DNA of 60,407 nucleotides, filler included, from Dugesia japonica (GCA_001938525.1; 5 parts of 5 records of this genome joined end to end with filler, not necessarily neighbours in it), one strand, 5' to 3'. Positions 12,336 through 23,486 are shown, counted from the first letter of the whole stretch. Notes: generated from the sequence alone by a model not told the origin. Numbers and translations: made by a program.

Positions 12336-13690
12336 TTGGATAATTTCAGAAGTGACAGTCCAGAATCAGGTGATGACTCAAATATGTCAGATAACGAGAC
12401 GAATAATTTAAATAAAACGTTGAACGATGACAATAATAGTATTAGCGGAACTAAAAGCAAACATGGATCGGAATGGAAAACGGAGTTTAATGACGAGCAT
12501 TTTTTAGGCGTTCCAGAAAAATTAGAGAGCTTTATAATGGCTTACGAAATTCATCGAAAGGCATGCAGATGGAGTGAAGAGCGAGCAGTAGATAGACTAC
12601 CGTTTTATTTTAAAGGATTGGCAAAAACGATATATTGGAATAAAGCAAAATTGGTCAAAGATGGAATAAAGACGTAGGCAGAACCGAAGAAACTTTAAGA
12701 GGACAACTTCAAACCATTGACATTACAAGGACAAGAAGTTCAAGATTTTACAGCAAAACGATAACTAAAAGATAAATCATTACAAACTTATGCAAACAGA
12801 GTAATGGAGACTCGGGAAATTAGAACTTGGAGAAGACGTGCAAGATAAAGTAATTCTTGGAATATTTATTAAAGGTCTCAGGAATGCAGAAGTGCGTAAT
12901 TGGGTAAACTTAAAACAGCCAAAAACAGTGGATGAAGCAAAAAATGAAGAAGGAGTATCACAACAGGTAGAAGCTTCACTGAAACAGGGAAGCATTTTTA
13001 AAATTGAGGAACCGGAGGTAAAGAAGGTTCCAAAGATAACCAATTTTATACCAGCAAACACGCAACCATTTTTAAAATCGTTGACTCTAGGTCAGAATCA
13101 ATCGGATAACAGAGGACAATTTAATAACTCGCGAGGAGGAAGTAATAATGGACAAAATAATTGGCAATCCGCGGGTAATCAAAACTTATTTAATTGTGGA
13201 AGATATGGACACATTACTAGAGAATGTCGTTCAGGATCATTAAGCTGTACTTTGTGTCAAAAGACAGAACATACGGCAGATCGATGTTTTACATCCAAAC
13301 TCATAGTATGTTATACTTGTAATAAACCGGGTCATACGAGCAGAAATTGTTTCAACAATACAAACCGAGGAGGATATAGAAATAATAATCGGGGATTTCA
13401 GAAGAAGTCAAACAATCAAGCAATCGAGAGTATGATGCAACAAAATAATAATCTAAGACAATAATTGCAAAGTAATCAGAAACAGAGTCAATAACGAGTT
13501 AATATGTTGCAGCAAGTAGTATAGCGACATGAAGCGACACAAAAAAGAGTATATGATAAACTCAAACAAGAACAAGAATACTTAAAGCTCCAAGTCGAGG
13601 AACAACGAGTAGCATAGATGAGATTGAACGAGAGAGCGGCACATAATAATAATGGTCAATGACGGGTGAATATGATGCGAGCAGTAAATG
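12336..13690 (+). pseudogene. gag: Gag (Ty3/Gypsy capsid, three CCHC knuckles, Q-rich coiled coil)
   Basis: FLGVPEKLESFIMAYE...WSEERAVDRLPFYFKGLAKTIY...FIKGL...VRNWVNLKQPKTVDEA; knuckles (F)NCGRYGHITREC, CTLCQKTEHTADRC, CYTCNKPGHTSRNC. Confidence 0.92.
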
Positions 13691-16053
13691 ATGAAGAGGT
13701 CAGAACAAGCTTCGATCAAACGACGAGTAGAGAGCATACTCGATTTAATACAAGGATTCAACGGAACGATCGACAGAAAACATTATTGGAAATTAATGAA
13801 TCATGTAATGGAACTAATGGAGTGTAGTCATCTAAGCCCAAGAACTAAAATGGAATGGCAGCCAATGATCTTGGAGTATGAAAGTGAAATGCGAGATAAA
13901 ACAATACCGGAAGACTTCAAAATCATAATCAATAAAACATGTAAAGAATTTAAAGAGCCATCTGGAGAGATAGCGCAGTATCAGGTCACCTTACAAAATG
14001 ATACGGTAGGAGGACTTTGTGCGCTATTAAGAATAAAAAGGTACTCGAAAGACCGCTGTATGATTATGTGTTATGCTCCAAGACGAGAGTAATCGAACAA
14101 GATGATATTGATGCGCAAATAACAAATTATGAAATTCGACCTGGACGTATAGAGATAATACAAGTCTTAGATTTAACAGAAATTTATAAAACGAAGCAAC
14201 CAGTGCGGCATTATTTACAATTTTGAACAATAAAGGAGATAATGAAGTCCTTGGAGCAGAAACTTTATCGATATACAACGGAGGTACGAAAACCAATGAC
14301 AACTGCTACACGAGACCGTCAACCCGTCAAATAATTCAATTTTGAACCGACTAAATTGGCAACAAGCAGATTAAATATATCTAGCAATGTTAAAACCGAC
14401 AAAGAAATCAATTAGACGATGACGAGATCAGCAATCAAGGTTCCACCATGTAATTTAGGAGTGATGGCACAAGTAAATATGATGACAACTAAAGAGATAT
14501 CTGATACTGAAAATGAAACAGATAATATAATCCAAAAAGAAATCGAGACAATAGAAGCATTACTAAAGATAAAGAGAGCCATCAAGGAACCGACAGCGCG
14601 ATCAAAGATGGAAATGAATCAACGGAGGCTATCGACAAAATATTCTCGATAAAGCGGAATCTAAAGGATAAATTAAACAGATGACGTTATTGGATGACAA
14701 TGAACCACTTGGCGGAAATAACTGAACTAAGACATGTAGATACTACGACTAAATAGAAGTGGAAGCTGCTAATCATGAAATACAAAGCTGAGGTAATAAA
14801 GGAATTAAAAAACAAGGATTATTTTGTCTGGGTCGGAGAATCAATCAAGCCAGTACCGATAGGTGAAGAGAGGTGGAGTCCAGAAAACATGTGACCAATA
14901 ACGTTAAAGGCGGAAATGACGAAATACTATCGTCCTAAAGTCATGAAAATTAAAGGAACAACAATTAGAGATTTAATTGAAGCTTTATCGGAATTAGAAT
15001 GGCCGAAAGCGATAACAGAATATATTATACATATTCCAACAATCAAGATCAAGATGATGTAGACGAACATGTATATACTTATGGAGTCAAACCAGGATGG
15101 GAACTGGAAATTAGATTGACCGACAAAGAACGAGTGTGTCGAGATCAAGAGAAATTATGGCCGCACTTAGATTTTCGAACAACAGAGGAAATTTTGATAT
15201 CGCTGTATGAATGTTTTATGAGTTATATAGTGCCGCTAATTAAAGATACGAAACTCAAAGAACGAAAAAATCAAATTTCAGATTCAAAGACTGAAGACAA
15301 CAAACCGAGTACGAGTCAAGAAAGATTATTCATTATGCGATCAATTTCAAAATTTTTGAGTAAAAGTAATAAGAGCCCGAAACAACCAACGATTATAAAT
15401 GATATTAGCATGAGTAAGTTGAGCGAGATAACGGTAGCAGGGACGATGATTCCGACAACGAATATTATCAGAATGTAGTAACTATAGAAAATTATGTCAA
15501 AGAAACCTTACGTCGAAAAGAAAGAATCCCGAAGCAATCGTATTGGAGAATATTGAATATAGCATGGGATGAACATTATTATTAGTGGACGAGAGGAGCA
15601 AAACGCAGTGCCAACCCAGAGTTAATTGAGAGGTACACAGAGCAAATAAAGAAGGAAACTGTGGGAGCATATTTTGGAGTTAAAATTAATTATCCGACGA
15701 TAGATGATTATTTAGTGACAACAATGCAAACAAAAGTGATTAAACGATTTGAGACGACAAATGCGGGTGAATTAAAGGATATTCTTAGTGAATTACTGTT
15801 AAAACATGGACTGGAGCGATATATAATACTATGTGATTATATGATAATTGAACGAGACAAATTGAATAACTGAGAAATGCATTTAATTGAGTTCAGGTTA
15901 AGACCTGGAGAGATTACAGAATTAACATTAGAATATGATGATGGTCAACCGAAAGAGTTTATGAAGTTATCAGTCAGTAAAATGCGAGCAAAAATGAGAA
16001 AAGTATATCAAGAGGAGATAGACCAATTCGAGTATTTAAAGTTAATACATGAT

Positions 16054-16455
16054 TGTTTTACAATTGCAATTATTATGAGAATAATTTTTGGACTTAACCA
16101 TTGATCGTTTTATAGAATTCATATAATATTAAAGCTTAGATCAAAATTATTGATATTGGATAACAATTCGATACTTCGACCTTGTCTTCGTCAGGAATTG
16201 ACTTNNNNNNNNNNNNNNNNNNNNNNNNNNNNNNNNNNNNNNNNNNNNNNNNNNNNNNNNNNNNNNNNNNNNNNNNNNNNNNNNNNNNNNNNNNNNNNNN
16301 NNNNNNNTTATTTTATATTTAATTATTTAATTTAATTATTGTAAATTATATTTAGTTTAGAATTGCTTTATTTTATTAGTATTTCTTCATGTTTTTTCTA
16401 TGAAGTGTAGATATGTAGCCTGTTCCTAGTGTTTTCCATGTAATAATACATGTAA
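16054..16455 (-). mobile_element. ~400-bp hammerhead-containing insertion (Penelope- or retrozyme-like) with 12-bp TSD
   Basis: TTAATACATGAT at 16042-16053 and 16456-16467; removing the insert rejoins LKLIHD|DQIALT. The terminus GAGAATAATT(T/G)TTGGACTTAACCATTGAT recurs at ~45177, and inverted at ~31800. Confidence 0.75.
16164..16200 (-). ncRNA. Minimal type I hammerhead ribozyme (one core mismatch)
   Basis: Minus strand reads CAATTC-CTGACGA-A-GAC-AAG-GTC-GAAG-TATC-GAATTG: stem I CAATTC/GAATTG, CUGANGA core, stem II GAC/GTC, GAAA changed to GAAG, short stem III with an NUH (AUC) site. Confidence 0.7.
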
Positions 16456-18291
16456 TTAATACATGATGATCAAATTGCATTGACAGCAACGACAGGAAAC
16501 GAAATGGAACCATGGAAAACCTTAAAGTAGAATTTAGCAAAAATCGGATTAGTAATAATTTTCATTATATTAAAAGTAGACAGAGGAAAGAGGTAATTGA
16601 TCGAATGGATCAACAAGGGTTGATATTTGGAGAACATTTTAATGAAGCTGTGAGAGCAATAGTTTATTTAAAGGCATCGCAAACGCCGAAATAAGTAGTG
16701 AAAGTAACAGCACATTTTCCAGATGAATCGAGTAAAGAATTTAAAGTGAAACGATGACAAAATGGGAGAAATTGATAAAACAAATACTAAAGTATGTGAA
16801 TAAACAATCATTAATAGACAAAGAAAATGTGGCAGTGGTAAAAAAGAGAAGATATTGTAATTTATTAATTACGGAGGATCTCGATGGAGAAGCAGTGAAA
16901 TTATCAGGTATATGGCCAGGCTTTATGATGAATATATATGTATTTGCAACAGGAGACCGAGAAAGAAATCCTTATATTAGAAGAGAAATCAGAGAGAATC
17001 TATGTCAAAAAACAATACAATATTATGTGGAGAATGTGAATCCATTAATGCCATGTGAGTTACAGGTGCATCCCGAAGACTTAAACTTTGAACTAACTGA
17101 ACGAGTTACAATGTTACAAACTGGATGAACAACGAATCGACTGTACAGATCGAATCAAGAGTTGAACAGATCCGCAGAGATATTAGAGATGAAGAATCGT
17201 AAAAAGAAGACAAATGAAGATGAGGAAAGTTTATATTATTAATCAACGAAGAGGAGATTTCAAAAGTAGACGTTCAGCATTTAATGGATCAAATGCTATT
17301 AAAAAGAGATTTAGCAATAGACGAATTGAGAGATTTAACATTTGAAATATCGAGATATAAAGAGAAATTTACGTGGGGACCGAAACAATTCAGACAGATT
17401 ATAAAACGATGGCATGTCAATGAAATAGATGAAATTGAGCCAAGGGAATACAATTTTCGAAAAGTAGATCCAGAAGAGTATATAACCAGGATAGCTGGCT
17501 TGGCTTACGAAACAATTGGAGATGTAAAGGAGAAAATACCGTTTGAGTCACCATATATTTTGACATTAAATGACAGAGAAATGTTAAGCGAAGATATAAT
17601 TGGAACATTAAACGTTCGTTGCAAGCAGACAGTTTAATTGTATATTAAACCGGAAGTAGGGAAGAGATAAATGAAAAATAAATTAGTTAAAGGTACAACG
17701 TTACCAACTGGAAAACAAATTCAACCGCAGATTACAAAGTATACGAAACCAATTGTAATCGACAGTGAAGAGGGTACGAGTAATACGACGTCAAAGTCAA
17801 CAAAGAGTAAATCAGCGAAGTCAAAAGGACATGTATCGTAAAGAGAAATTACGACAAAAGAAGATGATGTTATTAAACAAGTATTTAGATTACCAAGTGA
17901 TGACGATGACGAAGAGGAATTACAGATAACGAGAATTGATCCAGCAACAATGAGTCAAATGCCAGTGAAAAAGTAAAAGATAGTAAAGAGTAAATGTAAT
18001 CCTAGAGAAGTAGATATTGATATTCTATCACCAAGAATACCAGAGTAAACAAGACAAAAGCCACCTTCATTTTTAGAGAAATCACCTTCATTGATAGAAT
18101 TTGAGCAAAATGAGAGAATGCCAACTCCATTAGAATATGAATTTGGAGAAGAAAATATAATTCCACCAGTAGAATTTGAAGAGGAAATAACGACAACAGA
18201 TAATGCAATCGAGACTACAGATAATCAAGAAGAAACGACAGATCAAGAAATATATCAGAGAATAATGGTCGATGCGGAAACAGAAATGGAG

Positions 18292-18318
18292 CGGAAGGCG
18301 CGAGGCCGACCAAGAGGA
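18292..18318 (+). other. AT-hook motif within the retroelement polyprotein
   Basis: RKARGRPRG in ORF 18091-18897, after a long acidic/Pro-rich linker. Confidence 0.7.
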
Positions 18319-18420
18319 TCTATTACGACAAAAGGAACAACACAACGAAAACTTAAGCAAGATGAACAATTAGCAGCAGTATCACAAGAGGTCACGGAGA
18401 AATTTGAACCAGCAGAATTA

Positions 18421-18729
18421 TCGACAGAAAAAATAATGCATCAAGTATTATTAATATTATATCCGGAATTAAAGATGTGGATTGGAAATACAGTATTATC
18501 AGCAAAGTGTAAACATATTGCAGCATTATTGGAACCAATAATACAGAAGCTAACAGCATTTAAATGGACAGGAAAGAAAGAACGAGATAAATTAGAGAGT
18601 GCAGTTGAACGAATATTTGGAGGATGTCCAACTTCATCAAGAATTGCAGCGGCAGTAACATATTTAGTTAAACGGACGCACTTGGCGGTAATAGACAAAG
18701 GAGGATGGTCAGTGTGGAACGAGAAATTA
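18421..18729 (+). other. Bcl-2-like helical domain (candidate) in the retroelement polyprotein
   Basis: LESAVERIFGGCPTSSRIAAAVTYL resembles BH1 (F..VVEELFRDGVNWGRIVAFF); IDKGGWSVWNE resembles BH2 (IQDNGGWDAFVE); upstream helices sit in BH4 and BH3 positions. Confidence 0.5.
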
Positions 18730-18861
18730 AAACCGGAAACAAATCCACAACGAAACTTAGTAGAAAGAGCACGATTATTGATGAAAGATTACATAGACGA
18801 AATAGGGACAGAATCGAATGATAGAGCAAGGACGAATGCGAGTCCAAATGGTATACAATCA

Positions 18862-20873
18862 ATGTTAATGTTATTAATGTTAATGATGCTAATGTGACGT
18901 GGTGCAGCTATAAAAGTGTATGATTGTGATAAAATGAATATTGGAGAAACGGTATATTCTTTAGTAGACGTGGATGAATGTCCAGAAGTGAATCTAGAGA
19001 GTGTAGAACCAGTTCAAAAAGCGATACCATATTTTGTGTATGAGGAATCAGATTATTACAAGACAAAGGTAAGAAAATGTAGAATGACAATGACAGTGTT
19101 TGTGTATTATTGTGGGACAAGAAGCTATACAGCAATTATCGAAACTGGACAAGAAGTAAGACAGATCTCTCTAACAGGGCAGCAATGGGAAGAAGGATTT
19201 GTAACTGGAAAAATAAGAGTAGCAGACGGAAAAATTGTTAACGCTAAAAGTGGACAGATCATGCAACTAAGAATATTCGCAGCAGAAATTATATCGGATG
19301 AGCATGGAACATGTACTCGAGGTACCTATACTGTAAAAGGAGTAGTCACCAGTTATGTGGTAGTGATATAAAGTTATCGAGTCGAATTAAAGGAATATGA
19401 TATATTCTTCGATACAAAGACACAGATGATGAAAATGTACACTATGTGTAAAGCGTCAGATCTTTAATGTGACACGGGAACATCAACTTTAGTGTATAAT
19501 GTTAATCATCAAGAATGCGCAATGATATTTCTTAAAGAAACGGCTTTAAACTAATATCAAGGTAAAATGGTTATTAAAATAGATGAAAAGGAAACGACGC
19601 GACCAGTGGGGAAGGTAGATGAAGGCATGAAACCAAAAGCAGGTAAAATACACTGGGTAGAAACGCCAGTAGTTTTAATGTCGACTGACAAAAACGATAT
19701 GATCCGTTTGATACGAAAGAAAACNNNNNNNNNNNNNNNNNNNNNNNNNNNNNNNNNNNNNNNNNNNNNNNNNNNNNNNNNNNNNNNNNNNNNNNNNNNN
19801 NNNNNNNNNNNNNNNNNNNNNNNNNNNNNNNNNNNNNNNNNNNNNNNNNNNNNNNNNNNNNNNNNNNNNNNNNNNNNNNNNNNNNNNNNNNNNNNNNNNN
19901 NNNNNNNNNNNNNNNNNNNNNNNNNNNNNNNNNNNNNNNNNNNAAATATTAAAGACGAAATTGGCAACAGCAACTACAAATCCAGATAATGTATCACCAT
20001 TATTACCGATAGAGGAAGGACAATTTTGACGAACATTACCTCTCGTAATGTTCAAATATCGATGTAAAAAAAAGGATGCAACGTTGGCACCAAAGGAACA
20101 TAATAAATGCTATAATGAAGTAGAAATACTTTATGACAGAGAATAACGATTTGTGCAGCCAATCACTAGAGTTATATCACCACGAGGATATATTCCAAAT
20201 TTGATAAACTGTTCAAATTTATTTGAACCTTACTTTAAACTACAGAATAATAAATGGGTACGATTTCCAGAGAGACTTCCAGTAACAAGAGTCAGAAATT
20301 TTTCATGATTACAATTAAAAGGTGGAACACAATTTACACCGTTAAATATAGCGAAAGGAGGAATCTATCAACAAGAAGATTTGGACAAAGCAAGAGAACC
20401 TATGTTGTTTTCAGTAAAGATGATGTAAATTCTATCAAATCTAGTGCAAATAGCAGGATTGAGGATTCACAGCAGATGGTAGACCAAATTACGAATTATT
20501 ACTATCCCCGGATCATTTTCAGACAGCAACAGTCAATGTAATTAAGAAAATGTGGGGTCGATTCATAGTTTTTTGACAAGCAATGGCTGGATTACTAGGA
20601 ATAATTTTCATAAAACAGTCAAAGTGATATTGACACGATTATTGGCATGTTTGGACTTATACAAGAAAGAAAGATATCTTGGTCAATGATGATGGGAATA
20701 TTTCCAGCATGATCAAAGTCGGTAGTATTAAATAGTCATTCAAATGACTTACACTGTACGAGGAGATTATTGCGATATATGAGTCAAATAAAAGGAACAG
20801 ATGAACAGATTGTCAATCAGATTCGAGCAATGTGTAAAGATATGAGGAAACGAAAAGAAAGAAAAACGACAAT
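18862..20873 (+). pseudogene. env: Chuvirus-like (Jingchuvirales/Monjiviricetes type) fusion glycoprotein, env-like
   Basis: Signal peptide MLMLLMLMMLM*RGAA, then VYDC..YSLVDVDEC..KVRKC..YYCG..GTC..VVVI*S..MCKASDL*C; after the gap YRC..KCYNEVEI..FVQPITRVI..INC..W..GGIYQQEDLDKAREPMLF; TM region KMWGRFIVF*QAMAGLLGIIF..WSMMMGIFPA*S. The motifs follow chuvirus G order (GYDC, SLLDVGEC, YYCG, CYNELPV, GIYT.EDLD...MF, LWGGFITFG). Confidence 0.88.
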
Positions 20874-21149
20874 NNNNNNNNNNNNNNNNNNNNNNNNNNN
20901 NNNNNNNNNNNNNNNNNTTAATTAATTAANNNNNNNNNNNNNNNNNNNNNNNNNNNNNNNNNNNNNNNNNNNNTTAATCTCATTTCATAATATGACATCA
21001 TTTTTCCCAATTAAATGAATTAGGATTAAGTTTCAATATTCCATAAAAAGAAATGTCATAAAACACTATAAATACGAGACGAATACACTACAAGTTGACG
21101 TAGACGATAGTTTGGAATAAATTTACATGAAGGCGTGTAAAAGAAGACT

Positions 21150-21859
21150 TATAAAACAGGATTAGTTCGTATTTTTGTATCATTCGATGCAAAAATAATG
21201 GTGTCAAAANTTAAAGATAATTTAGATGTGTTTGTGATCAATTTGATCAGGATGTTGTTGGATAAACACAAGATGATGCTGCAATTAATTACAAATTTAT
21301 GAAGATTTTCGATCATCATTGAATTAATCACACTATTCATTTGGGTGTCTGTGAAGAGACAATAGTGTTTTCCATTTATCTGAAGAGGGTTCATGTGATT
21401 TAGATGAAATTATTGTTTTGGACTATGCTGTTCACATGGAAGTGGTTCTAGAAGAATGTCTTGACGATGTTGATTTTAATGAAAAATTAAAAAACGCATA
21501 GTATTTTTTAAAATTCGTTAAAAATTCTACAGTCAGAAATCAAATATTCCGATTTCAATTAATTGCTTAATTTAGTAATGAAATTGAACTTCATTGAAAT
21601 TGTGAAACACCGCTGGAGTTTTAATGCGATCATGATTACACCATTGATAAAAACGAAATGGCGTCTCTTTAAATATTTTTTTGAACTTAATTCACTGATG
21701 ATTATCAACAAAATTGACAAAGTTCCTTTAACCGCAAAGTGAAAGTTTACCGATAAAGAAAGAATGTTTTCCACGGCAAGCCAAATTAGCACTAAATTGA
21801 AAACTCAGTTATCGGATAAAAGCTTCCACATCATCGTTTTCCTTAATACTTCTTTTTAA
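21150..21859 (+). pseudogene. hAT transposase remnant (internally deleted)
   Basis: NHTIHLGV, VKHRWS and the C-terminal dimerization motif ERMFSTASQISTKLKTQLSDKSFHIIVFL*. Confidence 0.65.
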
Positions 21860-22069
21860 AATTTTCAATTAAAGATTAATAGTAAATGCAGGTAAAACTG
21901 CTGTTGAATGAGGAAATAAATTTACATATTGATTTCTTTATTTATTTGTTCTTTTTTTGTATGATATACACATGTTAAAGTTTATAATAAAAGCCTTTTT
22001 ATATTTAATCTCTGAGAGAAAGATTGTTCCATTAAGATTGTAACTTTATACAATTATAAATAGATTTCA

Positions 22070-22860
22070 TGAGCATAAGTAAACCATCATACTAAAACTA
22101 TAAATCAACACATTAAATGGCCAACAATAATGATAAAACTTTGAATCTAACATAAAACTTGTATCATAACACATTAATAATGCAAGCCACTATAAGAAAC
22201 TTAAAACTCGCCATTAAGACTTCAATTAAACATATTAAAATTATAATCCATTACACTTAAATTACATTTCATCATACAAAGTCCTAAGCCAACACATAAA
22301 AAATAATACTCAACATCTAAAGTTTCAAAGCCAGCATGTAAAATATAATAGACAACATGTAAAAATTCTAAGCTAGCATATAATAATTATAAGCTCACAC
22401 CTTAAAATTATCATCCATCACACTAAATTCTAAGACAAATTAATAGTCAACGCATAAAACTTAATAGTCATCGTGTGAAAATTCAAAGCTTACACATAAA
22501 AACTAATAGACAACATTTAAAAATTCCAAGCTTACACACTAAAATTACATTAGATCACTCAAAATTCTAAGCGAACAAATTAATAGTCAACATGTAAACC
22601 TTCTAAGCTAATACGTCAAAATTATAATCTGTCACACTAAAATTACATAGAAGTCATAAACGTTACAAAACTTACATAGAAGCAGATAAAACCTTTCAAA
22701 ATCCCACGTAAAGCATAGCTAAGTAATTCAAAGATTATAAATTTTCAAAGATTTACTAGAAGTATATAAAATCTTTTAAATATTACATAGAGGTCATAAA
22801 AAGTTTACAAAAATTACATAGAGGACAATAAAACCCTACAAAAATTTACTTAAAGTCAAT
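22070..22860 (+). repeat. Degenerate ~22-23-bp tandem repeat
   Basis: Units like TAAAATTATAAGCCAACACA repeated with drift. Confidence 0.7.
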
Positions 22861-23486
22861 AATAATAATAATTTTAATAATAATAAAATAATTTTATTTT
22901 ACCATATTACATAAAAAATACGGCTGACAATTAATTATTTTATTATTATTATAAATTTATATATGAATTACTTTTTGTTTAACTGTGTTAAATAAATGAA
23001 ATATGACTGTCATTAGATTCTTTAACATTCTGTTGTGTTATGACACAGGAAATATGTATGTGAATCGACGGCGTAATCGATAATATATAAGCAAGATTCA
23101 AATACTATTTCGTCATTTTAACGAGCTTCAAATTTTAAGTGTTTATTAAATTAATTATTTGTTTTAAATTATTTTAGATGATGTATTTTAATATGAATTA
23201 TGCAAATAATTTGAGAAATTTAAATAGAATTTTTGCAAAATATATCAAGTTTTAATGGTTCTTTGCAAATAATATTTAAAATGAAATTATTATAACTCAT
23301 TATTATTTTGATATTTTTTATTTTTAAAGTATTTAATAATTTATTTAAATTAATTTATCTGAATACTTTTAATAAGAAAAGAACTATTATGCCTAATTTA
23401 GAAAGGTTTTAATCGAAGTTAAGACCAATTTAAATGATTTTAATGCAAATAATATGAAAATGAAATTTTTATGAAAACATGTTATA

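Larger units (their letters stand above)
13940..17660 (+). pseudogene. Array of about five ubiquitin-like (beta-grasp) repeats in the retroelement polyprotein
   Basis: Units at ~13945-14170 (FKEPSGE..DTVGGL..YVLC..QDDIDAQITNYEIRPG), ~14895-15120 (TTIRDLIEAL..QDDVDEHVYTYGVKPGWELEI), ~15700-15930 (TNAGELKDIL..RYIILC..EFRLRPGE), ~16695-16945 (VKVTAHFPDESSKEFKV/TMTKWEKL..EDLDGEAVKLSGIWPG), ~17445-17650 (ETIGDVKEKI..YILTLNDREML..LNVRCKQTV*LYI). Confidence 0.6.
10517..20873 (+). mobile_element. Fragment of a giant Ty3/Gypsy-type retroelement: leader, gag, accessory domains, chuvirus-like env; decayed and open at both ends
   Basis: Continuous A-rich + strand coding region from ~12150 to 20873, broken by point stops and 1-nt frameshifts. 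Gag at the start, fusion glycoprotein at the end, ~1.6-kb non-coding leader. Confidence 0.85.

Noticed and set aside
19468-19491. CDTGTS as a possible aspartic protease DTG motif
   Set aside because: It lies inside the glycoprotein ectodomain at a conserved Cys position and lacks the hydrophobic-hydrophobic-DTGA context and the downstream ILG motif.
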